A DNA stretch of 41,333 nucleotides from Octopus bimaculoides (lineage: Eukaryota): the NCBI RefSeq assembly GCF_001194135.2, contig NC_068985.1, positions 97,565,477 to 97,606,809 of the forward strand. The letters run 5' to 3'. Of this stretch, positions 11,580-22,156 are shown one piece after another (position 1 is the stretch's first letter; the number at the start of each line of letters is the position of its first letter). Below the pieces are notes generated by a model that was not told the origin of the DNA, did no database searches, and worked only from the letters and a program-made list of their open reading frames with translations. A program made the translations under genes and the position numbers.

Positions 11580-11923
11580 ATGTCAAAATCGTTTATGATA
11601 AAAATATTATTATTATAATCGTTTTCTGAATCACTTTCACTCGCGCTAGACTTAAGCACACCATCATTTGTAGACGCGATCGCCGATTCACAAGCACTCG
11701 TAGACGGACCTGTAGATTTCTTTTTAAAAAATAAGTCTAGAGTTGTTTGCTTAGAAGAAGCGTCTTTTCGCACTCTATAAATTTCTCGGTAACATGCAGA
11801 AGCATTTGTTATGGTTGTAGCAATGTTTGTACTTCGTTCAAAGGATGATTCTTCTGCCTGGAAAATAAAACTCGTAAACCTTGGTTCTCGTAAAACAGGT
11901 CCTCGTAAAGTGAGGTATTAGTG
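11580..11923 (-). mobile_element. Internally deleted Tigger/pogo-like DNA transposon: 5' TIR joined to the transposase C-terminus
   Basis: Minus strand TA|cactaatacctcactttacg TIR at 11923 with tttacgag subterminal repeats, then frame SSFERSTNIATTITNASACYREIYRVRKDASSKQTTLDLFFKKK, the CYRExY...QTxLDxFFK C-terminal signature of Tigger transposases. 3' TIR not found. Confidence 0.8.
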
Positions 11924-13159
11924 TACATGTGTGTGCTATGTGTAGGGCTAAAGTAATGTAGATATGTGTATTTGTGCAGTCATATTTTTTTTACTAGTTT
12001 TTAGCCAGTGAGCAGTGGTCATGTCGGAACGGCGAAATTAATAACAACGATCTGATTCGTCAATCGAGAAATTGATCAGATGTTTTAGAATCCATTTGAG
12101 CAGATAGCCATACCACCAACAATTTATAGAATAAGGCGAGTATTTGTCTGTGAAAGATATCTCTGTCAGTCACGTTAAAACCTTATATTTTCTAAGCCCG
12201 CTATGTGAAATTCCCAATATACTGGATGTATTCGCAATAGAACGATATATCTTTCAGAGATCCACACTAGATTTATCTAAATAAAGAATTAGTTTAGAAT
12301 TTTGTTTTATCTAACGGATTCTCGGTTTGGCATTTAAACAGCAGCTGAAAATAAGTTTCACCTAACGGTTACGACCTCACAGAAATACTTTTAATATAAT
12401 CTAGCATTAATCTTCAGAAACGTTTTCTGTCTTGGTGCGAAACCATTTATATANNNNNNNNNNNNNNNNNNNNNNNNNNNNNNNNNNNNNNNNNNNNNNN
12501 NNNNNNNNNNNNNNNNNNNNNNNNNNNNNNNNNNNNNNNNNNNNNNNNNNNNNNNNNNNNNNNNNNNNNNNNNNNNNNNNNNNNNNNNNNNNNNNNNNNN
12601 NNNNNNNNNNNNNNNNNNNNNNNNNNNNNNNNNNNNNNNNNNNNNNNNNNNNNNNNNNNNNNNNNNNNNNNNNNNNNNNNNNNNNNNNNNNNNNNNNNNN
12701 NNNNNNNNNNNNNNNNNNNNNNNNNNNNNNNNNNNNNNNNNNNNNNNNNNNNNNNNNNNNNNNNNNNNNNNNNNNNNNNNNNNNNNNNNNNNNNNNNNNN
12801 NNNNNNNNNNNNNNNNNNNNNNNNNNNNNNNNNNNNNNNNNNNNNNNNNNNNNNNNNNNNNNNNNNNNNNNNNNNNNNNNNNNNNNNNNNNNNNNNNNNN
12901 NNNNNNNNNNNNNNNNNNNNNNNNNNNNNNNNNNNNNNNNNNNNNNNNNNNNNNNNNNNNNNNNNNNNNNNNNNNNNNNNNNNNNNNNNNNNNNNNNNNN
13001 NNNNNNNNNNNNNNNNNNNNNNNNNNNNNNNNNNNNNNNNNNNNNNNNNNNNNNNNNNNNNNNNNNNNNNNNNNNNNNNNNNNNNNNNNNNNNNNNNNNN
13101 NNNNNNNNNNNNNNNNNNNNNNNNNNNNNNNNNNNNNNNNNNNNNNNNNNNNNNNTATA

Positions 13160-13770
13160 TATATATGTATGGTGTAGGTTGAATGAACTCCAGCGGTCTG
13201 CGTGTGCTCTCCATCTGCAGGGAATTCAGTCTAAGCATCACAAATACCTTTTTCAACAGCAAAATTGTTGCATGACGACCTGGATGCATCCTAAATCTAA
13301 GGATTGGTATATCATAGACTATGTTATCACTAAGAAACGAGATATTAGGGACTTTGATATTACACGTTCCTTTCATAACACCTGCTATCTCTCTGACCAT
13401 TCTCTTCTCCTTAGTAAGGCTGCGTTCGATCTGAAACGCACAAGACTACAAAAGTCATCAGTGCCTAAGGAATGTTGGTCGACCATGGCTCAGATATAAG
13501 GACAAGCTGTTAGAGATGAAGACAGCTCACAAAACCTTTGAGCGAACAACCTTCGAACGAACAAAATGGAGATCGTTGTGTTAAAATGGTATTAAAAATT
13601 CTGTTGCAACGAGCATTAACAGGCTTCGAGGTGCAAGGCAAAGGAGAAATGCGCTTGCAAATATACTACCTGCACTAACCTGTAATCCTCATACTTACAA
13701 CATCTGTGGCCTTCTTTGCAAATTGTTAGCGGGTCTTAAATATCACATTCGACATAAGCATTATGACTGA
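13160..13770 (+). mobile_element. RTE-clade LINE derivative: AP-endonuclease C-terminal part fused to the ORF C-terminus, RT missing
   Basis: TWMHPKSKDWYIIDYVITKKRD...SDHSLL (RTE endonuclease motifs TWxHP, IDY, DH), then after about 13468 GRPWLRYKD...KWRSLC...ICGLLCKLLAGLKYHIRHKH (RTE C-terminal GRP.LRYKD and Cys/His motif); internal stop and frameshift. Confidence 0.85.
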
Positions 13771-13827
13771 CAAAGAAAGAGTACATTGTCGGAGCCTCAT
13801 AAGTCGAAACTGACGGCAGTCCATCCA

Positions 13828-13830
<3 letters not shown>

Positions 13831-13902
<72 letters not shown>
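13831..13902. repeat. (TA)n microsatellite
   Basis: Direct reading. Confidence 0.98.
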
Positions 13903-13903
<1 letters not shown>

Positions 13904-13905
<2 letters not shown>

Positions 13906-14074
13906 GCCAGTCGATTAGATGGATCCCTGTACGCAACTGGTACTTAATCTATCGACCCCCGAAAGGATGAAAGGCAAAGTCGACCTCGGCGGAATTTGAA
14001 CTCAGAACGTAAAGACAGACGAAATACCGCTAAGCTTTGCGCCCGGCGTGCTAACGTTTCTGCCAGCTCGCCTT
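13904..14074 (-). mobile_element. SINE family A, young copy lacking the distal tail
   Basis: Close match to 28946-29159 and to the reverse complement of 23349-23520, including B-box aatttgaactc and head ctgccagctcgcc. Confidence 0.9.
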
Positions 14075-15678
14075 GTTATTCACCTAAATATTAACTTAAT
14101 TCAGAATATTGTCACGTCCGGGAAGGTCGATAATATCTACGGCGTCTTCACACAGCCTATTTATGATTTTCTTCGTGATCATTGGCTGTTAAATATCTGT
14201 TTCCGTGACTGTTTATGTTTCAATTAATGGGTGAGTTATTCCATAATCAAAACACTATTGGAAATTGAAACTGTTCTACTCTTATATGAAATTTATACAA
14301 GAAAGTAAACAGGATTTACTTATCAAAACCGAAATTCAAAAGTGCTGAGGATTAATATCTTATGAAGTACATTAAAGTACTTTCTTTCTAGTGTTGTGGC
14401 GAGAAATGGTCATATTCGTTCAATGAGCTTTTAAAATAGAAAATTGTAAACTATTTTAGAAGGAATGACATATGTGTGATTATACACCCACAGTATTGTC
14501 AACAAGATATTAAATCCAAAGGCTGACAGTTCAATACGGAAGCAGGGAAAGAAATTTGGAGATAATCAAATCAAACTGTCTTTATCTTCAGTGGACATCT
14601 GCTCCCAAAAGTTGACAAAAGATCTTTATTAATGAACCTCACATTCAGGTCATCGCTAGTGAGGTTACCACTAATATAAGACATCATAAGGTTTTTCTCG
14701 CATCTTCATATTATGAGAATACGTCGCGAAATCGAACAAGGACCCACAGAAAAGACAAGAGCAAAACAGTGGTCACCACTACTGAAATGTTGAATCTTAA
14801 GATCACGACATTAAAATGGGGCTGCTGAATAACTATTTTTATAAATATTTTGATACGGTGAAAGGCGGGGTTATTGATCTTCGTAAGAAAAAAAAACAAA
14901 AAAATTGGGGTCACTGTTACTTTTATCTTTACAAGTAACCTAACAAAGAGTGGCGCTGCTGGCAAAAATGATGCGTGAGCAATGCCTCAGAAGGGAAATC
15001 TCGCGAAACCGGTCCCACGTTGCATCAGGTAGAGTGTCTTTAACGAACAACTTGAAAAAAGTAGAGTATTAAAGATCGTGTCAAGGGATCAAATTATCCT
15101 CAAGTCAGAAACCCGAGCTCCACTAAATGCATCAAAAAGCATGGTAGAGGTGGCGATAGACTGGGTAAGAAATCAGGTCACCAGATCAAAGTCTTAAAAT
15201 AGAAAAAAAACAAACATCACACCAGAAGTTAAAAATAACGAATCAATAAAGATTTGAATGAAAGATAACGAATCTCACGATTGTAATTATCAAGAGAAAT
15301 ACATTATTAAACATGTGAGACTAAACAATGTTTAGTCTCAGATTACGACACCTCTATCACGACTCTACTATCAAATTCGTTGAAATTCCCAGGTGTAATA
15401 GCCTGGGAAGATCAATGATGGCATTTTTGTATATCCACGGCCAAAAATTTAATTGTTTAAGAAATACAAATATTACATTTCAAGGCATGACGTTATAAAC
15501 GTTTACTCTTACAAAGGGAAATCTCTGATGAGAAATTGAAAAAGCTTTCAAACCCGATTAACTGTAAGAACAATGTATTTAAGTGGAATAACTAACTGGT
15601 GCCTTAGAAATATCATGAAGATTGCTGGCGTGACTACTATCGAGGAGTCCGATGAGAAGAACCACCAACACAACCTGT

Positions 15679-15775
15679 GCCGCCGCCGCCACGACGACGA
15701 CGACGACCACCACCACCACCATCATCACCACCACCACCAACAACAATAACAACAATAACAGCAACTACAACAACG
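15679..15775. repeat. Compound trinucleotide tract (GCC)(GAC)(CAC)(CAA/TAA)
   Basis: Direct reading. Confidence 0.9.
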
Positions 15776-16229
15776 ATATTTAATTTGGACATGAAACGGA
15801 TTTGTATTTGCTTCTGTCTCTGATCAAAGGGGTTTATAGCCTTAATCGAACATTGAATTTGAACCAATCATGTGATTCTCTTAATTGCCATAAGAGGTTG
15901 ATACGGTCAGTTTCCTTATATGTCTCTACTGTCCTGTTTTTGTTCCCAACTTTGACCATCCATAAATACCAAATTTTATTTTGGTACTTATGGGACCAAC
16001 TGTCTTCGAAGACTCATATTGTCGTTGAATGCTCGAAATGGGGAGTAGATGGACAGCCAACAACTGATGAAAGGTCGTTCTTTGTGTTACTTGTCCTGTT
16101 TTCCATTTGTTTCTCTCGTTGTTTGCGCATTGAACTCATTTGTTTTCGTATTTCATGTTGTTTACTGTTGGTGACGTCCTGTACCCATATATGCATCTGT
16201 GTGTGTATATGTATATTATTTATATATAT

Positions 16230-16246
16230 GTATATATGTGTATACA

Positions 16247-16282
<36 letters not shown>

Positions 16283-16298
16283 TGTATGTATGTATGTA
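16230..16298. repeat. (TA)n/(TATG)n microsatellite
   Basis: Direct reading. Confidence 0.95.
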
Positions 16299-16809
16299 TT
16301 ATATGATGTAGCTTCTGTACAACTTTTGATGCAAATCTTGAGATTATTATTAATTACTTTTCAGAATCTACGCAATACTAAACTGGAAACTGTATATAAC
16401 CAAAACTAGGGTGCCCCTGCAGGCCTAAGCCACCACTTACCCAAGTAATTTAATGATATTAGTAAACAACACCACCCTGGAGGATGACGCAAAGTTTAAT
16501 AATGCTGGTAGCCAGATTTTCACAAAGATAAGTGTTGGTAATGAGAATCATGGGAGGTAGAATAGTAGAATCAGTAGAGCGTCAAACGAAAGGATTTTGT
16601 GGTATATGGTTACGTCCCTTTACGCGCAGAATTAAAATTCCGACAAATTCAACAATTTTCTTTGCAAACATTTCGGGGGTCGATGAAATAAGTATCTATC
16701 CATAAGTAACGGAGGTCGATTAAATAAATATTTATAGTGCTCCAACATGACCTCAGTCTATTCAGTAAAGCGTTAAAAGAATAATAAAATAATCATTATA
16801 ATAGTGATA

Positions 16810-17425
16810 TGAATATCCCGTCTTAATGCGTTCTGGTAGATTCGAACTTGAATATGCTTAGCGCTGGAGAATTTTGACTACAGAGAACAAACCATTTTTT
16901 TCAAACAACAGGTGTTCATAACATATTTGATTCATTGGGGTAGGGGATTTGAGACACGGAGTATTTCGACCTGGTTGTGCCTCTGTTGCCAAAGCTACTT
17001 CTGGATCGATGAAACTAAACATGAATTTCGGTTCTTGTTTACAGAAACCAGCAAAAAAGTTATCTGCTGGCGCGAGCTGATGTCTGCCGAACCGACAATA
17101 AGTCGGCAGGTAGATGAAAAACAATGAAATTCAGAACAGTGAGGAATATATCTACTCTTAATTTATTCAGGCAGATTCGAACGTGAATATGCTAAACGCT
17201 GTTGTAGTTTGTCCGTGGGGACGTTTTTCAGATGAAATATGTTCACAACACATACTATTATTAAAGTAACGGGACTTTGGGACACCACGATGTTTCGACC
17301 TGGGTGTGTCTCTTCAGTTGAAGGTACTCCGGGATCAATGAATCTAAACAAGAAATTTTCTTCTGGCTTATCGAAATCAGCTAACAAATTATTTGCTGAT
17401 GTGTGACTGATACCCGCCAAACTAA
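16810..17425. repeat. Diverged tandem duplication, period about 330-335 bp, two copies
   Basis: Anchors gattcgaac(t/g)tgaatatgct at 16839 and 17174, tttcgacctgg at 16964 and 17293, plus ggatc(g/a)atgaa(a/t)ctaaac and gc(a/t)aa(a/c)aa(g/a)ttat(c/t)tgctg in both copies. Confidence 0.85.
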
Positions 17426-17455
17426 TAATTAATTGGCATGTTCACAGAAAACAGC

Positions 17456-17556
<101 letters not shown>

Positions 17557-17776
17557 TGTCTGGCTGCCTGTCTGTCTGTATGTGCCTGTGTATGTATGCG
17601 ATTATGTTTTATGCACAGTCATACATCTTGAATAAATCAGCCTTTGTCAAACTTTAAAAAAAAAAAAATTATGTACATGTATATATATCACTGTCTGTCT
17701 ATCTGTTTGCCTGTCTATCTGTCTGGCTGTCTGTCTATCTCTTCATCTATCTCTTTATCTATCTATCTATTTATTT

Positions 17777-17810
17777 GACAAGTTTCGATTATGCTTGAGA
17801 CCATCCTCAG
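17777..17810 (-). ncRNA. Degenerate minimal hammerhead-like motif (Penelope-type), probably inactive
   Basis: Minus strand CTGAGGA-tggtctcaagcataatc-GAAA-CTT-GTC: core boxes and GUC triplet present, but stem II is imperfect and stem I does not pair. Confidence 0.35.
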
Positions 17811-18368
17811 AGTGGTTGGGTGAATGTAAATATTAATGTGTCAGTGAGCGATTGAATGTAAACAGGAAAAGGTTCGCTTATGAAAATCTTATGAAAAGGT
17901 TCGCTTATGCGAATCACGAAAATGCATTTCAAATATAATGAAATGGTTCAGGGTATATGACCATTGAAGAAAATATTTTAGCGGATGGACATTTTTCAAA
18001 GCAAATAACTATAAACGATATTTCTGATACCGTTGAAAGAGTCGAACAGGCTTAAATTTAGAGGAAGTGTTATATTTGTATGAAAAAACATATATTATGT
18101 GCAATATTTCTCGGGGTTCTATGTCCTGGCTTTAAGAACTACAATACAAACTCTGACGTAAACAAACTAAAGCAAACTGCGTCATAAAGAATATCCTTAG
18201 TTCAATATTAAACTACTTAACCGAATTTCTAGTGTGCTTGTGGTTTGTTCGAACACACGTGCGTAAATGAATTTATCTATTCGAATTACATATACTTATA
18301 TTTACACATACAGATACACAACGGGCTCACAAATACACTTACACATGCATTTATATCCTCTTCCTAAT

Positions 18369-18419
<51 letters not shown>

Positions 18420-18550
18420 CATGTATGTATATATGTATGCTTCATTTTGAGGGTGCTAGGTCTGGCATATAGGTTATGCAGTTCATAAACCCGCTGGCTG
18501 CCAGACCCTCGTTGTAATGAGGTGCGGGCTATATATTTACATCAGTCAAT

Positions 18551-18720
18551 ATATACAGAAACTTAGTGAATTTTGTGAATCTCTGAAGAGGCCTAGCGAA
18601 TCATGCATGTACTCCCATTACATCATTTTCATCTGCTAATTACTCCGGCACACAGGAGCTATAGAGATAGAATGGGGCATGCCAACTCTAGGCCGAAACA
18701 GCTGTAAGTTTCTGTATATT
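18551..18720 (+). ncRNA. Minimal type I hammerhead ribozyme (Penelope/retrozyme-like) with a 91-nt loop II
   Basis: CTGAAGA 18583-18589; stem II GGCCTAG 18590-18596 / CTAGGCC 18688-18694 (7 bp perfect); GAAA 18695-18698; short helix III with palindromic AGCT loop (GAAAC-AGCT-GTA); predicted cut after A18706; stem I 3' strand agtttctgtatat pairs 5/6 with gaatct (18577-18582) and 13/13 with atatacagaaact (18551-18563). Confidence 0.75.
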
Positions 18721-20363
18721 CTCCAATTGCTAAATGTACCTTATATTTTTAACCTTAGTTGTTAATATGACATGTCATAAGCATCTGTATATTGTGGTTT
18801 TTGTCATTTTAGTTACAAAATAAACAAATTAATTCAATGGAATACACTGTCTGCAAGTCGATGGATACCGCATATTCGTCTCCATTTTCTTATTGCTATA
18901 TATATATATATGATTAATCAAACCAGCGGTGAAAAAAAACCCGGAAAAAACAATAACAAGAGAACGTGGTACATGCAAAGTATTAATAAGACACTCAGAG
19001 AAGGAAAGAGTGATTGTTTTACCTTTCGAACAAAAGCTCTTCTTCAGAAATAGGAGACATAAGAAAGTCCAAAAGAAAATATATATGAAAGCGGAAATGG
19101 ATACACACGATGCTCGACAATTTACCGTATTGAGTGTGGTTCTTGATAATACTCCCATTAAACTCCCTCTTGAGCGTACTTGACCCGCTAGAGGAACACA
19201 CAACCAGCATAGGGCTATTACATAGTATTAAGAGCAGATCTAGTATGAGAGAGTAACATAAAGTATGGTGTAAACTCTTCTTTTATTTCATGTTTGTTAC
19301 AAAAGCTTCTTCAATCGATAAAGATTGTTGAATAATCACAAATTATAAACTACAATGTATAAAGAATATTCAATACTATCTTCAAGAATCACGTCACCAG
19401 ACAAGGTTTTGTGTGTGTGTGTGTCTGCGTATGTGTGTGTGTCTGTGTGTGTGCGTGTGTCTGCGTATGTGTGTGTGTCTGTANNNNNNNNNNNNNNNNN
19501 NNNNNNNNNNNNNNNNNNNNNNNNNNNNNNNNNNNNNNNNNNNNNNNNNNNNNNNNNNNNNNNNNNNNNNNNNNNNNNNNNNNNNNNNNNNNNNNNNNNN
19601 NNNNNNNNNNNNNNNNNNNNNNNNNNNNNNNNNNNNNNNNNNNNNNNNNNNNNNNNNNNNNNNNNNNNNNNNNNNNNNNNNNNNNNNNNNNNNNNNNNNN
19701 NNNNNNNNNNNNNNNNNNNNNNNNNNNNNNNNNNNNNNNNNNNNNNNNNNNNNNNNNNNNNNNNNNNNNNNNNNNNNNNNNNNNNNNNNNNNNNNNNNNN
19801 NNNNNNNNNNNNNNNNNNNNNNNNNNNNNNNNNNNNNNNNNNNNNNNNNNNNNNNNNNNNNNNNNNNNNNNNNNNNNNNNNNNNNNNNNNNNNNNNNNNN
19901 NNNNNNNNNNNNNNNNNNNNNNNNNNNNNNNNNNNNNNNNNNNNNNNNNNNNNNNNNNNNNNNNNNNNNNNNNNNNNNNNNNNNNNNNNNNNNNNNNNNN
20001 NNNNNNNNNNNNNNNNNNNNNNNNNNNNNNNNNNNNNNNNNNNNNNNNNNNNNNNNNNNNNNNNNNNNNNNNNNNNNNNNNNNNNNNNNNNNNNNNNNNN
20101 NNNNNNNNNNNNNNNNNNNNNNNNNNNNNNNNNNNNNNNNNNNNNNNNNNNNNNNNNNNNNNNNNNNNNNNNNNNNNNNNNNNNNNNNNNNNNNNNNNNN
20201 NNNNNNNNNNNNNNNNNNNNNNNNNNNNNNNNNNNNNNNNNNNNNNNNNNNNNNNNNNNNNNNNNNNNNNNNNNNNNNNNNNNNNNNNNNNNNNNNNNNN
20301 NNNNNNNNNNNNNNNNNNNNNNNNNNNNNNNNNNNNNNNNNNNNNNNNNNNNNNNNNNNNNNN

Positions 20364-20465
<102 letters not shown>

Positions 20466-20869
20466 TGTGTGTATGCACGCACACACACACACGCATAACA
20501 TAGGGCGTTCAATTTTCGTTAAACTCTTGAACATTTACGATCTCAGATGGTCACTTTATGTACGTCAGAATGAAAGTTACGGGGAAGACAAAGGAAGGTA
20601 GAAATGTCAAAATATTTCTCTGACCTAAGAACGTTAGGTTTCGTCTCTTTAAATATAATTAATTCTATTGTAATATATTTGGCGAGGGCTGTACAGTAGG
20701 AAATGAACACTCACTGAACTGAGACCACGAACCGGTCTTGTTTCCTGGGTGTTGCCCTTTTGAACACAATTCCTTTGTTATCGCTGATTAGCCATCAGCC
20801 CCTCCATCCTCTGCCATCGTGATTACAACTCTGGTGGAATGTGCTTCGCTTGCAATCATCTCGTCTTTA

Positions 20870-21123
20870 CAGTCGTGGCCAAAAATTTGGAACGCTGTTT
20901 TTAGAAATTAAAATTGTTATTCCCAAGTACAATTCAATTTAAATGTATAAACGTTGAGATATTCTTACCTAATACCTGATCCAATGGTTCAATATCTTGT
21001 TATTGAACTATTGAATCAGTTATTAGGTGAAAATATTTCTACGTTGTTTAATTTTAGTCGAATTGATGTTGGGCATAACAATTTTAATTTTTAAAAACAT
21101 GTTCCAAACTTTTGGCCCCGACT
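20870..21123. mobile_element. Tc1-like MITE, almost fully palindromic (about 254 bp)
   Basis: TA|cagtcgtggccaaaaatttggaac ... gttccaaacttttggccccgact|ta TIRs; complementarity continues through both arms to a 6-nt loop tcttgt at 20995-21000. Confidence 0.85.
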
Positions 21124-21184
21124 TATGTATATTCAGGATTATATAACAATCTTTTTCCTTTATGAAGCTTATGTAAGATACGAG

Positions 21185-21435
21185 GGCGAAGCCGTGTGGC
21201 CTAGTGGTTAGGGTCTTCTACTACAGATTGCAAGATCGTGGACTCGATTCTCGGACCAGGTAGTGCATTAGATTCTTGAGCAAAACACTTCATTTCACGC
21301 TGTTTAAATTCCTCAGCAATAAATGAGCAGCCCTGCGACGAACTGGCGTTCTGTTCAGGAGGGGAATGTTATGATCTCGGTTACTTAAAAATCATGGAAA
21401 TCGGATAAATGACCCTGTGAGTTTTAAGATTTGAG
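21185..21435 (+). mobile_element. SINE family C (tRNA head, conserved core, tail type 1)
   Basis: A-box-like tggcctagtggtta, B-box-like gactcgattc, core ttcttgagcaaaacacttcatttcacg shared with 39022-39282 and 27186-27505. Confidence 0.75.
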
Positions 21436-21951
21436 ACAGTAAAAAATGAGAGTAATTTTACTGTAATTTCAATAAAGCTGAGAGACCACACGAATCTTTA
21501 AAATGGAAGAGATGTTTGGTTGATATTCAATACTCCTTTTCTATTCCCATCAATCCCAAACCTGTTTTGTTTTTCTCTCCTAAGTCAACATGATCGCAAT
21601 TAAACGAAGTTTCTTAAAAATTAAAATCAGTTGTAGAACTGAATCAAAAAGCCCCGTCTTCGGCACAGCACAACAAATTTGTTGGGTATGAAGACCTGAA
21701 CTTAGTACAACGTTTGTACCTATTTTAGTGATTCGGAAGGATGAAAACCAATGTTATTGTTGTTTAGGCCGAGGTTAGCAAATGGACACACCTATGGACA
21801 AAAGTTTCCCATCCATAACCATCCCGTCTTTTTCAGACCTAATGAATACAGGACTACATTATTCAATATTGTCTTTGAAACAAAATAAGTTGTGATTTCC
21901 GGAGATGTGACTGTTAGTTCTAACAGGCCAAAATAGCCACATTAATATATG

Positions 21952-22156
21952 ATTCATATTTTGGCACAAGGCCAGCAAGTTAGGGAGTGTGAGTAAGTCG
22001 ATTACATCGACCCCAGTGCTCAAATGGCACTTAGTTTAACACTCTCGAAAGGATGAAAGGCAAAATCGACCTAGGTGGAATTCGAACTCAGAACATACAG
22101 ACAGACGAAATGCCGCTAAGCATCTTGTCCGGTGTGCTATTGGTTCTGCCAAGCTT
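21952..22156 (-). mobile_element. SINE family A, near full length
   Basis: ttttggcacaaggccagc tail, gtcgattacatcgaccccagtgctcaa core, gaattcgaactcagaac B-box. Confidence 0.85.

Noticed and set aside
14965-15020. Third hammerhead candidate (aTGATGc-gtgag...ctcgc-GAAA-CCGG-TC)
   Set aside because: Two core positions deviate from CUGANGA and no stem I pairing exists.
14700-15300. Decayed LINE or gene coding sequence
   Set aside because: A-rich and coding-like, but with multiple stops in all plus frames and no recognisable motif.
15610-15830. In-frame TGA (HEDCWRDYYRGVR*EEPP...) as selenocysteine or an edited stop; similar cases at 35200 and 38440
   Set aside because: No SECIS or homology support; the downstream frame is a trinucleotide repeat, and single stops in short frames are expected by chance.
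15802-16311. 169-aa plus-strand ORF
   Set aside because: The last third is microsatellite, and the rest is T-rich low-complexity with no recognisable family.
18459-18534. HDV-like ribozyme
   Set aside because: P1/P2-like crossing is present but there is no P3/L3, no P1.1 GG and no catalytic C in J4/2; kept only as a structured leader.
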